A DNA stretch of 64,000 nt from the human T2T-CHM13v2.0 reference genome, Homo sapiens: the NCBI RefSeq assembly GCF_009914755.1, contig NC_060947.1; one strand, 5' to 3'. Numbering within the stretch: the first letter of the stretch is position 1; each line of letters opens with the position of its first letter. Positions 1-19,700 of the stretch are shown piece after piece. Under the pieces are notes generated by a model, which was not told the DNA's origin, searched no databases, and saw only the letters and a program-made list of their open reading frames with translations. Both the position numbers and the translations under genes were made by a program.

Positions 1-89
1 TCCATTGTAAACAAAGATTATCTTCACAGTGGTGATGGAGTTACATTTACCCTAGTTGATCTACAACCATCCATGGCCTAGTTTTTAAG
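1..89 (+). pseudogene. FNDC3-like exon remnant (first FN3 domain), 5' end outside window
   Basis: Frame 1 gives SIVNKDYLHSGDGVTFTLVDLQPSMA*FLR, versus FNDC3A VYVGEETNITLNDLKPAMDYHAK. TAG at 79-81 replaces the conserved Tyr. Donor AG|GTAAGA at 89/90, phase 2. Confidence 0.8.
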
Positions 90-452
90 GTAAGAACTTC
101 ATTCTAAACAAAGTACACCACCCCATATCCCCCAGACTCTCCAGTCTGTATCAGTTACTACTTATAATTCCTTCAGTCTGCCTTACTATTTGCCAACAAA
201 GTGACCTTGCCTTCAAGCTTCAAAATAGCCTCCTCAATATCTAGCATTAGTTCATTTTCTTTCATTTGGAACAGGTAAGAGTGCTTTGAGAATCATTATT
301 TGCAGGGACTCAACTTTGCTCTATTAGAAAATTTTTATTAGTAAATTTCTTATACTTAGCTCATAGGAAATATGTCTGAAACCCAAGTTTGCAATTTATC
401 ATGTATGTTAGGATAAATATTTGAAAGTTTACAATTGTCATTACATTTTTAG

Positions 453-597
453 AGTAACAACCATAAGAGGCTCAGAACACACAATTGTGTTTGAAGTGGT
501 TAGTTTCATAACCCCAAGTTGCAAACCGTACCCTCCACTTGCACCCAGACTCGTTAACAGATCCAAGAGCAGCCTGAATTAAAAAAAAAAAAAAGAA
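453..597 (+). pseudogene. FNDC3-like exon remnant (end of FN3-1, start of FN3-2)
   Basis: Acceptor ttttAG at 451-452, phase 2, matching the previous exon. VTTIRGSEHTIVFEVVSFITPSCKPYPPLAPRLVNRSKSSLN resembles FNDC3B EPVSFTTHSCAPECPFPPKLAHRSKSSLTLQWK. The LQWK codons are replaced by an A run; GTATGC follows at 598. Confidence 0.85.
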
Positions 598-1189
598 GTA
601 TGCTGTAATAGCAAAAAAAAAAAAAAAAAAAAGAGTATATGCAGAGGCAAAAAAATTTTTACTTATATTGCTGCCATTAAATATCCTCATCCTTCCCCCC
701 CAAAAAAAGAAAAGGTTTTTTTTCTCTCTTGAGGTTCACAGATTAGACAGAAATTTTTTGTGGGAATTATGCAAGAGTTGAAAGACCAAACAATTAAGAT
801 GGTATGTGAGAAAAATCTTGTCTGTGGTAGAATTAACTAAGTAATAAAAATAAATATAGAAAACAATAGGGTACAGAGTGAATTAGGTTAGGGAATGAAT
901 TGGAAAAAAATCTGAAGTCAATTCTTTGTTTTGGCCACCAGATGATAATAGCAGGCCCAAGAGTAAGGGTGGAGGACTATGTGCAGGGTACAAGCCAGAA
1001 CTCGGGAAATACCTACATTGATTGCCTTATTTGTTTTATTTCTAAATGCCCTTCCTTAGAAGAAAAACTTACCTTTGCAACTTCAGGGGAGGCAGGTGGA
1101 TGGCAAAGGAAAGATACTGTACATTCCACACAATCGCAGAACAAGCAAATCACAGAATAGATGCTCAATATATGATAACATAATAAACA

Positions 1190-1320
1190 TTTACAAAATA
1201 ACTTCATGTGGTTATAGTAAGGATTAAATGAGCTAATGCATGAATAATGTTTAGAACAGTACCTAGCATGTCATAAGAGAGCAATATATGTTATTATTAT
1301 TACTACTGCTACTATTTTTA
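1190..1320 (+). mobile_element. MIR fragment (3' part)
   Basis: gtaaggattaaatgagctaatgcatg...tttagaacagtacctagcat...gttattattat matches the MIR 3' consensus. Confidence 0.7.
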
Positions 1321-1733
1321 TTATTTGCTTTCTTTGATTAAAACTCCTGCAATACTCTCAGAAGTCATGTGTAAATAAAATAAGCATGCATCCATCCCTA
1401 TGAGTTATAAAGATGAAATTTGACTGCCCAACCTAATTAGAGATTGTCTTATTGTAGATGTCCAGCTTTAAACTGGTCTAGACAGTTTAAACTGGTGTCC
1501 TGGTATCTAGTCATCTAGACACCACTGTTGCAACACAGTATATTGCTAATTATTCACAAATGTTGATTCATCCCAAGAGATATACCAAATGGTCTTCTTG
1601 TCCTCAGTACTGTATGCAACAACTATGTCTGAATTTTACCCTCAGATATGAAGCTCTGTTTTGTGTTTCATCTTGTGGGGTTTTTTTCAGAACAGAGAAG
1701 GAGTTGATCTTTCTATGTTAATGCACCCATTTT

Positions 1734-2520
<787 letters not shown>

Positions 2521-2649
2521 TGATCCAATTGTACTCTTCTCCTTGAACACTTTGAGACCCCCATAATTAGTGAGTCCAAATATCATTCAGAAAGATAATA
2601 ATTTTTCATAGAGTAATAGAAAAGGAAGTCATTAAAGAATTATTTCTAG

Positions 2650-2725
2650 ATTATATTGGTTCAAGTTTACCCTGGGGAGACCCTTACCATCAAGTCTGAT
2701 GATGAGAATATTCAGAATATTCAAG
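2650..2725 (+). pseudogene. FNDC3-like N-terminal exon (VILVQVNPGE exon), 76 nt
   Basis: Acceptor tttctAG. IILVQVYPGETLTIKSDDENIQNIQ+G versus FNDC3B VILVQVNPGETFTIRAEDGTLQCIQG. Donor reads ATCAGT (GT>AT). Confidence 0.9.
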
Positions 2726-3056
2726 ATCAGTTAAAGCATAATTAGGCATGTGTTATTTGATACCAAATAGAGTGAACTTAAATATTAGTGTGAAATGACT
2801 TTACTGTAGCCCACTTACTGTTTGAGACAGATTAAATGCTCTTAAATATAATCCTCATAGGAGGTTAGCATCAATAGAATAACCAGGGCTAATCATGCTA
2901 ATCTTACTAGAGACCTACAAAAGTAAAGTACTTTTAAAAATTGAAGGAGATTAATTCCAAAATTCTATTTGAAGTCCAGATTTTGGAGATAGTGATAGCT
3001 GATTATAGTTTTAGATTATTCTCCTATAGGAGATGACTGCTAAGGCCTTCAGACAG

Positions 3057-3145
3057 CTCATTCATTCATACATTCAACAAGTATTTACTCAGTGTCTAGC
3101 ATGTACCAGCCCTCTACTGGACACTTAGGATACAACAATATGTAG
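3057..3145 (-). mobile_element. L2 3'-end fragment
   Basis: ttcattcatacattcaacaagtatttactcagtgtct...tgtaccag is the typical L2 tail. Confidence 0.65.
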
Positions 3146-4114
3146 AAGGGGTGATTATACAGACACCCCCCCCCCCCACACACACACTCTATAGATAGGT
3201 AGACAGCAAATATATAGCATATAGACTTGTTTCAGTAGTAATATAAAATAAATACTTGCTTCATATAAGCTTTATTATTATTTCAATGAGATGACTGTTT
3301 TATGCCAATTATTTTGTATCCTAAAGGGATTTTGAGCTGTCTCAAGAATTTCTAAAAACATTATCACCTAGCAATGGATTTCATATTGCTGCTATACAAA
3401 ATTTGTCATGAATTCATATTTATTATTTTCCCATTATTAAAAGTAAATTACCATTCTAGGACTTGAAAGCCACATTTCTAGAACTAAGCATTAGTTATAA
3501 TAATTTCAGATAAACAAAAGAATTACAACATTAAAAGTCTCCATTCTGTGTTGTATTTTAGATACTATGCAATCATATGTTTAAGATAATAAAAATACAT
3601 AGTATGAAAGTAGGGCATCACATGAGTATTATTGGGTCCTTCTTTATAATATACTGTTTTCTAAAAACCACTTTAGTATAATTTATGGAAAGCCTTAAAT
3701 GAAAATTTAAGTTTTATTAGGCAATGTCACTATAAGAAATATATTTTATGTTCCAGAATAAACTTTTTATTACCCAATATATGACCATGATGGGTGAGAA
3801 ACAATAGATAAGTAAAGGTACAATTATACCAGAAGGCTGGTATGATAGTTGATTTTCCTTAGCAGTAGGAATTACCAATATTTTTTATAATTTAAATTTA
3901 AACCATGCCTTGGTTATTTTCCCATTGGTTGTGATGAATTTTCATCAACTCATCTACACTCTGACTCATGTTTGTGAGTTAACAACACATATTTTCAAAA
4001 TAGCTGACTATTATTAAAGCTTGGAGCTGGTTTTGACTGTGCAAAGTTAACTGACTCCTGTAAAGGACTTTGTTTAATGTTATTACAGTATTTATTAAAA
4101 TAATTCTCTTTTAG

Positions 4115-4189
4115 GATCAGCTGATGTACCTCTGATGTCACCACCTGGTACTTTGCCATCAGTCTATCTTCTTCCTGGCTACGTCTCAG
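4115..4189 (+). pseudogene. FNDC3-like N-terminal exon (GPAEVPMMSP exon)
   Basis: Acceptor ttctcttttAG, phase 1. GSADVPLMSPPGTLPSVYLLPGYVS versus FNDC3B GPAEVPMMSPNGSIPPIHVPPGYISQ. Apparent 2-nt deletion at the end; donor reads ATATGC. Confidence 0.88.
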
Positions 4190-4799
4190 ATATGCTAGTG
4201 TGGTTTTTACTTGATGTTTAGCTCTAAGTTATCATTTAACATTTTTCATTATGTCACTATATCAGAACTTCTGGCATGTTATTTATTTATTTATTTTACT
4301 GTTATCATCATTGCTAAAAGCTATTGCATTTAACCAAAGCTTTAAAACCAGTCCTCTTTTAGATTGCCTTATAAACGATGTTTAATTCATCCAGCGAATT
4401 TGGATCTCTTAATATTCACTAATCTTTTTTTTTTTGGTTTCTCAGTACTTTCACCCATCTTATCTATTAAAATTGTTACACTAATGTCTTCTGATAACGT
4501 GTGTGCTTTAGTTCCTAAAATTACTTTGCATTTTCAGTTCAGAAGTATTTCATTCCTAGACTACTAGGGGCACTTTTAAGAAATTCCTTAAATATTTGTA
4601 AAGTGCCTAAAATGAGCAGGAAGTTATGACTCCTATAAAGACGAATAAGATATTCCATAGCCTAGGAAATTTTTATAATTGAAAATATGACTTTTTCTGC
4701 TTCTTCATAGTGTTTGCCTTAGTGGCTTATTTCGTTGTGTTTATTGCACAGCTGTGGAGATGAATAACATACTAAATAAATAAAGTTAATGTGGTTGAA

Positions 4800-5815
<1,016 letters not shown>

Positions 5816-5870
5816 CCTTGAGATATGTAATTATTATAGTTATTAAACAGAATTCCATTTTCTCTTTTAG

Positions 5871-6707
5871 AAACCTATTCCCATGGAATAGCAAATTATA
5901 ACCAACTCGATGAAAGAGCTGCTAAAATGGGAGAACATATGAAGAAAAAAAACTAGAGAAGTTGGTGGACAAAGGAATAGCTATGTGGCTAACAACACTT
6001 CTTTACTTGTGAACAAAACTAATGATTTTTTCAATATTTCTGGTACTCCAAGCAATGTTAACTATGCTCCAACCACCTACACTGTTGACAACACTTCAAG
6101 CACTTAGTCTGTGGACAATGCTCCAAGCACCTACACTGTTGACAATACTTTGAGCACCTACACTGTGAACAATACTTTGAATGCTTACACTGTGGACAAT
6201 ACTCCAGGTACCTACACTGCGAGCAATGTAAACATTTACACTGACAATACTCCCAGTACTTACACTGCTCACAGCCCTCCAAGCACTAACATTGCTGACA
6301 AAGCTCCCAGCAGTTCTTCCATTGACCATGTCCCTAGCATTTCCATCTCAGACACTACTCTGAGCCCTGCTACCTCTGATGGCATTCTGAACCCTTCTAG
6401 CACTAATCATACTCCCAAGACTGCCACCTCTGACAGAACTCCCAGATCATCTGATAGTACTCGCAGACCATCAAGTTTTGACAGTACGCCAAGCTCTTCC
6501 GCTTCTCACAGTGCTCCCAACACTTCCATCTCTGAAAATGCTCCCAACACTTCTGACATTGGTAATGCTCTCAGTACTCCAACACTGCCAGTACTGAGAT
6601 TGAGACTAGACATAGAAAGAAACAGAGTGCTATAGGAGGTGAAGAAATCAAGCAGAAACCAAGTGGAAAACAAAACAAGTGACCATCACCAAATAATGCA
6701 GATAAAG
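5871..6707 (+). pseudogene. Large FNDC3-like exon (837 nt) with Ser/Thr-rich repeat; contains the 6111..6635 ORF
   Basis: Acceptor ttttctcttttAG; donor AAG|GTAAGA at 6707/6708; phase 1 at both ends. Start [27 protein letters not shown] resembles FNDC3A DAHSTHGRSNFRDERSSKTYERLQKKLK. Lesions: +1 in the A8 run (5945-5952), TAG 6105-6107, -1 near 6580, TGA 6680-6682. Confidence 0.8.
6066..6590 (+). repeat. Degenerate 27-nt (9-codon) tandem repeat, about 19 units, consensus near (A/T)PSTYTVDN
   Basis: Units such as gctccaagcacctacactgttgacaat, actttgagcacctacactgtgaacaat, gctcccaacacttccatctctgaaaat; two units are 21 nt. Confidence 0.9.
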
Positions 6708-6849
6708 GTAAGATCAAGAGTTTGGTTTTGTTGCCAATGAATAAACATCTTAATGGTTAGGAATCTCAGTCCATTTTTAATATTAATGTGTCATTTTCTA
6801 CTTTCGTTTCCTCTTTTCTTCTTTGTACCCTTAAGTTTAAATTCTTTTC

Positions 6850-7715
6850 TAAATTAATACTTTTATTAACAAATCATAAATATATACATTTATAAGGTAC
6901 CATGTGATGCTTTGACATATGCATAAAATGCAGAACGCTTAAATCAAGCTAATTAACATATTTGTCACCACACTTACCTATCTTTTTATGGTAAGACATT
7001 TGAAATTTGCCAATTTAATTATTTCAAAATATGCAATACAATATTATTGACTATAATCACCCTGGTGTACAGATCTTAAACCCTGTTCTTGCTGTCCATC
7101 TGAAACGTTGCACCCTTTCATCAACAACTCCCCATTCACTCCCTCCCTATCCTCCAGCTTCTGGTAACCATCATTCTACTCTCTACTTCTATGAGTTCAG
7201 CTTTATTAAATTCCGCATATGAGTGAGATCATGCAGCATTTGTCTTTCTGTGCCTGGCTTATGTTACTTAGCATAATGTCCTAGAGATTCATCCATTTTG
7301 AGGCAAATCACAGAATTTCCCCCCGTTAAGGGCAAAATAATATATGAAACCATGATTATGCTGCCTTTTATTATTTTTCTCTTTTTAAAAAAATTTTAGA
7401 TTCAAGGGGTACGAGTTCAAGTTTGTTAGATGGATATATTGCATAATGATGAGGTTTGGGCTTCCAGTGTACTCGTCACCCAAATAGTGAAGATTATACA
7501 CAATAGGTAATTTTTAAATAATTACAACTTTTATTTTAGATTCAGAGAGTCCATGTGCAGATTTGTTACATGGGTATATTGTGTGATGCTGAGGTTTGGG
7601 TTTCGAATGATCCCGTTACCCAGATATTGAGCATAGTACCCAACGAGTACTTTTTCAACCCTTGCCCCCTCGCTTCTTCTCCCCTCTAGTAGTCCCCAGT
7701 GCCTATTGTTCCTAT
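6850..7715 (-). mobile_element. Stacked L1 3'-end fragments (L1M-type 6850-7340; two L1PA/PB tips at 7385-7510 and 7530-7715)
   Basis: Three separate L1 3'UTR starts, each with a T-rich tail. Confidence 0.7.
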
Positions 7716-13160
<5,445 letters not shown>

Positions 13161-13164
13161 AATG

Positions 13165-16100
13165 CACAATTAAATTGTTGTTTAATTGTGTATGTGACTA
13201 TAGTTATCCTGTTGTGCTAGCAGACAGCAGGTCTTCATCCCTTCTAACTATTTTTTTGTGCACATTATGATCCTCACCTTTCCCCCACCCTAACTACCAT
13301 TTCCCATCTCTGATAACCATCCACCTACTCTCTATCTCCATGAGTTTAATTTTTTTATTTTCTTATCCCATAAATAAATCAAAATATGCCATATTTGTTT
13401 TTCTGTCTTTGGCTTGTTTCACTTAACATAGTGACCTCTTGTTCCATCTATGTCATTGCAAATGATAAGATCTCATTTTTTTTATGGCTTAATAGTACTT
13501 TGCTGTGTATAAGTACCACATTTTATTTATCCATTCATCTGTTTATGGACAATTAGGTTGCTTCCAAATCTTGCCTGTTGTGAATAGTGCTTCAGTAAAC
13601 ATGGGAGTGTAGACGCATCTTTGATATACTGATTTTTTTTTCTTTTGGGTATATACTCAGCAGTGGGATTACTGGAACATATGATAACTTTATTTTCAGA
13701 TTTTTTTGGAACCTCCAAACTGTTCTCCATAGCGGTTGTACAAATTTACATTTCCACCAACAGTGTAAAAGGGTTTTATTTTTTCCCTCCGCATCCTCAC
13801 CAGCATTTGTTATTGCCTGTCTTTTGTATATAAGCAATTTTAACTGGGCTGAGATACTATCTCATTGTACTTTTGATTTGCATTTTTCTGATGACCAATG
13901 ATGTTTAGCACCTTTTCATATACCTGTTTGCAATTTATATGTTTTCTTTTGAAGAAATGTTTATTCAGATCTTTTGCCCATTTTTTGATCAGATTATTAG
14001 ATTATTTCCTATAGAGTTGATAGGAAATAATTTGATATTCAGGTTATTAATCCCCTTTAATCCCTTGTCAGATGGGTAGTTTGCTAGTATTTTCTCCCAT
14101 TGTGTGGGTTGTCTCTTCAGTTTGTTGATTGCATCCTTTGCTATTCAGAAGCTTTTTAAATTGTTGTGATCGCATTTGCCCATTTTTGCTTTGGTTGCCT
14201 GTGTTTGTGGGGGTATTGCTCAAGAAATTTTTGCTCAGACTGATGTCATGGAGAGTCCCCCCAATGTTTTCTTGTAGCAGTTTTATAGTTTGAAGTCTTA
14301 AACTTAAGTCTTTAATCCATTTTGATTTTTTTTAGTATGGTGAGAGATAGGAGTCCAGCTTCATTCTTCTGCATATGGATATCTAGTTTTCCCAGAACCA
14401 TTTATTGAAGAGACTGTCTTTTCCTCAGTGTATATTTTTGCCACCTTCATAAAAAGTGAGTTTCTGTAGGTGAGTGGATTTGTTTCTGGGTTCTCTTTTC
14501 TGTTCTATTGGTCTGTGTCTCTGTTTTTATGCTAATACCATGCTGTTTTGGTGACTATAGCTCTGCAGTATAATTTGAAGTCAGGTAATGTAGTTCCTCC
14601 AGTTTTGTTATTTTTTCTTAGGATAACTTTGGCTATTCTAAGTCTTTTGTGGTTCTATATAAATTTCAGGATTTTTTTTCTATGTCTGTGAAGAATGTCT
14701 TTGGTATTTTGATAGGGATTGCACTGAATCTGTAGATTGCTTTTGGTAATGTAGACATTTTAACAATATTATTTTTTTGAATCAATGAAAATAGAATATC
14801 TGTTCACTTTTTGGTGTCCTCTTTAATTTCTTTCATCAGTGTTTTATAATTTTTATTATGGGGAATCATTCAGTTTAAGTTATTACTAGATATTTAATTT
14901 TATTTGTAGTCATTGCAAATGGGATTATTTTTTCACATTGTTCACTGTGGACATATAGCAATGCTATTGGTTTTTGTATGCTGATTTTGTACCTGCAACT
15001 TTACTGAATTATTAATAGTTTATTAGTTCTAATAGTTTTTTGGTGGAGTCTTTAGATGTTACCAAACATAAGATTATATTATCTGCAAACAAGAATAATT
15101 TGACTTCTTCTTTTCCACTTTGGATGTCCTTTATTTATTTATTTTGTCTGAATGTTCTAGCTAGGACTTCCACTACTATGTTGAATAACAGTGGTAAAAG
15201 TGGGCATCCTTGTTCTGTTGCAGATATTAGAGGCAAGACTTTCAGTTTTTCCCCATTCAGTATGATACTAGCTATAGGTATGTCATACATGAATTTTATT
15301 ATGTTGAGGTATGTTCTCTGTCCAGTATTTTTGAGAGGATCTTTTATATTATCAAGGGATGTCGAATATATCAAAACCTTTTTCAGCATCAGTTGAAATA
15401 AATGGTTTTTGTTCTTCATTCTATTGATAAGACATACAACATTGCTTGATTTGCATATGTTGAACTATCCTTGTATCCCTAGGATAAATTCCACTTGGTC
15501 ATAATGAATGATCTTTCTAATGTATTGTTGAATTTGGTTTGCTCATACTTTATTGAGGATTTTGCATCAATATTCATCACAAATATTGGCCTTCAGTTTT
15601 CTTTATTTGACGTGTCTTTGGTATTAAGGTCAGGGTAATTCTGGCCTCCTACAATGAGTTTGAAAGCATTTGCTTCTCTTCTATTTTACAGAATAGTTTC
15701 AGTACGATTGGTATTAGTTCTTGTCATTACATAGTGACCTTCTTTGTCTCTTCTTATAGTCTTTTTCTTGAAATCTATTTTTCCTGATATAAGTATAGCT
15801 ACTCCTGCTCTTTTTTTTTGTTTCCATTGGCATGGAATATAGTTTTCTATTCTTTTATTTGTGGTCTCTATATATTTTATAGATGAAGTATATTTCTTGT
15901 AGGCAACAGATCAATAGGTCTCGTGTTTTTATCCATTCAGCCACTCTTTGTCTTTTGATTGGAGAGTTTAGTCCCTTTACATTTAATATTATTATTAAGT
16001 AAGCATTTACTCCTGCAATTTCACCATATGTTTTCTGGTTGTTTTGTGTTCTTTTCTTTCTTCTTTCTTTTCTTTCTGTTTTCCTTTTAGTGAAGGCAAT

Positions 16101-16347
16101 TTTCTCTGGTGATATGATTTATTTTCTTGTTATTTTGCATTTGTTCTATGTTTCTTGATTTGTGGTTACCGTGAGGCTCACAAATATTATCTTATTATTT
16201 TAAGCTGACAACAGTTTAACACTTTTTCTTCAGGGAAGCTTTGAAAAAAAAGCCCTCAAACCCCCAAAATGAAACAAAACAAAACAAAACTTAGCACTGT
16301 TTGTATAAGCAAACAAACAGCCAAAAATAAAACTAATGATGACTTTA
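13165..16347 (-). mobile_element. L1MA-type element with internal deletion (about 15720), host of the provirus
   Basis: ORF2 fragments at 13527-13837 and 15135-15419; jumps from the RT region to the endonuclease (EN) region at about 15720. Confidence 0.8.
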
Positions 16348-16795
16348 TGCCGGGTCCATCTCACAGACCTTGGCCAAGCTACGAATGAAAGGAGTACTCA
16401 GACACAGGTATACAGTGACAAAGTGGCTAGGGAACTGCTGAAGAGTGAGCAGTCCCAATAAGCAGGAGCTCTTTGCTTTTATTCAGTACAGGCATAATGC
16501 CAAAAGCCTGGAGCCAACACAATCTGTGGGTAATTAACATTATCGCTCCCCCTTACAGGGAGCAGTCTCGCACACTGATGGTCAAAGGTCAGTTCCCAGA
16601 CAAGATAAGTAAACAAGGCTATTTAGATAAACTCCTCTACATTTCCTTGCACCTACTTCTCGCCCTCTGCCTCAGGGTAAGAGAACAGTTGCCTTCAGCT
16701 TATTCTCCCAAAAAGCTTTGCAGAACCTTCTAACCTTTCAAGAGGCCTGCTTCTTTCCCTATAGCTTCTTCCAGCACTCTAACCGATTCCCCACA
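16348..16795 (-). mobile_element. 3' LTR (LTR22-like), 448 bp
   Basis: TG/CA termini, adjacent polypurine tract, AATAAA on the minus strand near 16478-16483; direct repeat with 20978-21192. Confidence 0.88.
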
Positions 16796-19700
16796 TCTCC
16801 CCCCCTCCTTTTTTTCATCAGGTCTTGTTGATTGAAGAGTACAGATGTGTGCAGCAACAGGTTTGTCAGGTGTAGCAGTTACAGCTTATTTTCTGGCTTT
16901 GCATCTTAAAATTAGTAGATAACATGAGACAAACATGAATATAATCAGCATTAGTTTTTTTCCAATTAAGGAGTGATATGTAATGTTACTTGGCACCTCA
17001 GTCCAATGTGTGCCCTTACTAAGGAGCCCCACTGGGGGTATGTCAATCCCTCATAGCCAAGTAGTTACCTTATTAGAGGCTAGGAAGGGGGTGTTCACTC
17101 AGGAACTCAGCATAAGGAAAGCAGATCTAGAAGATGGGCCTAATAGAGTAGCAGGTACTGGTAGCAGGCAAAGTGAGATAATTAAAAAAGGTTAATACCC
17201 TATGAGGGTTGCAATGTAAAACAGAAAGCATAGCAAGGAACAAATTATCTGCAGTGAATGGTGTCTGTGTCTAGAGCAGGATTCACTTAGCCTCCTGAGT
17301 TGTCTTCAGCATAATGTCTGGGGCCTTTGTTGTCCGAGGAAGCCACATCATCTGGAGCTGCAGGTTCTGCAGGGTCATTTCCTTCATTTCTGGTATCGGG
17401 TTGGGTCTTAGCCACACTATGGTAAGGTTTGATGCATGGTACTGGAATCCAAAGAGGACCTGAGGGGGTGTGAACACAAACATATCCTCTTCCCCACATT
17501 AGCAAATCATTTGGGCCACACCATTCATTACTATTTACATCACTCTATAGCACTGAAGGTTTTATATCTTGAGTGATTTTTGCAAAGTGCTTTTCTATGG
17601 CTGATTGAAATTTATCATCTAAATTTAAAAAATTAAGGGTAAATAAGTCTTGTGCCAATAGTGTTGCAGGGTCCTTACTCACAGTCCCCCTTTTTTGTTT
17701 TCTGAGCATATTTTTAAGGGTGGAGTGGACACATTTTTACTATGGCCTGTCCTTGGGGGTTATACAGGATGCCTGTGGAATGTTGGATGTTCCACGTGTG
17801 ACAAAATTGGTGAAATTGTGAGCTGGCATAAGCCAAATCATTAACAGTTTTAATTTTTGTGGGCTGCCCCATAAATGCAAATGTTAAGAGAAGATGTTTA
17901 ATGACATATTGGGTGGACTCTCCAGGAAGAGCATGGGTGCTAATTAGGTGGGAATAGGTATCAGTGAATACATGTACATATCTTAGTTTTCCAAATTCAG
18001 GGATGTGCGTAACATGTTTGCCATAACTGATTAGGTTCTAGTCCTCTAGGGTTAACACCTGTTGAAGGAGGGGACGTGCCTGTGAGCTGGCAATCTGGGC
18101 ATTGGAAAATAATTTGTTTAGCTAGTCCTTGGGTAAGTTGAAATTGTTTAGATAAATTTCTCCAGTTTTGGTGGAAGAATTGATGTGATTGGGTGGCTTG
18201 GTCAAGCAGTGATATCATAACCTGCAGATCTGCTTGATCATTGCCATAAGCCAGTGGGCCAGGCAGTGAGCTGTGGGCCCAAATGTGTGTAATAAAAATA
18301 GGATGTGTACGTTGATCTAGCAATTGCTGAAGTCAAAGAAAAAGTGCACACAGGGTGGGCTCAAGAGTGGACTTAATGAGGGCTGTTTCTAGGTTCTGCA
18401 ATAAATAAACGGGGTAAGGAGAGTTACTAACAATATTGATGGGCTGAGCAGAAAAGTTTTCTAGGGCCAATATTAGGACTCCAACCTCAGCTCTTTGAGT
18501 ACTAGTAAATCCAGATCAAGTGAGGGAGTTATGTGGTTCCCACCAGATAGCTGCTTTTCCATTTTTCCCAGAGCCATCAGTAAAAAGTGTTAAAGCATTA
18601 GGTATGGGAGAGTGTGCTACCTTTGTAGGCATAACTACAGGAGTACGATGTAAGAACTGGAGTAGTTTGTCAGTGGGAAGGGCATGTTCTACAAGGACCA
18701 CATAATCAGAGTGCTATTTGCAGCTCTAGAGATAGGAGCAGGACTGCTTCGAATTGTTTTTTACTTAAGGGACTTCTTATGATATCAGAGTCATAACCTA
18801 GCAATTGATTGCATCATCTGTGGCCTGTATAGATGACTTTACTAACTAGCTGGACATAGGGAGATTGTGTTTTAGTCCTGGTATGAGAGCAAAAAACCCA
18901 TTCTAGGAAGCATAGCCCTGGGGCCATCTGTCCTATTAATCCTGTTGGGGAATGTTTATTAGGAAAAACAAACAATTGGACCGAATATCATGGGTCTATG
19001 CGATCTAGTTGCCTCTGAGGAATAGCTTGCTCTATTTCCTCAATTACCCTTTTTGCAGCAGGGGTTAAACACCTGAGGGACTTCAGGGCCGCATTGCCCT
19101 TTAGGATACAAAACAGGTTTTGTAATCTGTTAGTAGTTATGCCCAAGGTGGGGTGAAGCCTGTTAATATTGCCCAGTAATTTTTGATAATCATTTAAAGT
19201 GTGTAAGTTGTTAGTATTTAATTTAACCTTCTGAGGTCTCACTGACTGAGTAGTTAGTATGTATCCAAGATATTTCCAAGGAGAGCACATCTGTACTTTT
19301 TCAGGTGCTATGATTAAACCTCTTAAGTGTGTATTATTTTTGACAGAGGCATATATATTTAAAAGTATTGGCTCTGTTGTGGCTGCCAGTAATATATCAT
19401 CCATAAAATGGATAATCTTGCAATTAGGAAATTCCTTTCTACTGGGGAGCAAAGCTTGATTTACATGATACTGACACATGGTAGGACTATTTAGCATTCC
19501 TCAGCAAGTACTTTCCGATGAAATTGGCAAGCTGGCCTTTCATTATTGATAACTAGTATTGTAAATGCAAATTTTTCTCTGTCCTGTTTTGCAAGGGGAA
19601 TAGTATAAAAGCAGTCTTTTAAGTCAATAATGACCATAGGCCAACCTCAAGGAATCACCACGGGGGAAGGGAGGCCCTGTTGAAGGGGTCCCGTAGGTTG

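Noticed and set aside
581-631. Processed-pseudogene poly(A) tail
   Set aside because: The upstream exons are separated by a GT-AG intron, a donor follows the A run, and no TSD is evident.
2726-4195. U12 AT-AC introns
   Set aside because: The donors lack ATATCCTT and the acceptors are AG.
4740-4790. Remnant of the missing Pro-rich exon after ttgcacag
   Set aside because: Only a few codons of doubtful similarity; not supportable.
6058-6282. Cys-rich CxxC-repeat ORF on the minus strand (metallothionein- or keratin-associated-like)
   Set aside because: It is the antisense shadow of the 27-nt repeat; splice sites and FNDC3 homology support the + strand.
6066-6590. CRISPR-like or other spaced array
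   Set aside because: Units are contiguous and degenerate with no unique spacers, and the DNA is eukaryotic.
6111-6635. 174-aa mucin-like ORF as a standalone gene
   Set aside because: It starts at GTG right after an in-frame TAG, and is the segment between lesions inside a larger pseudo-exon.
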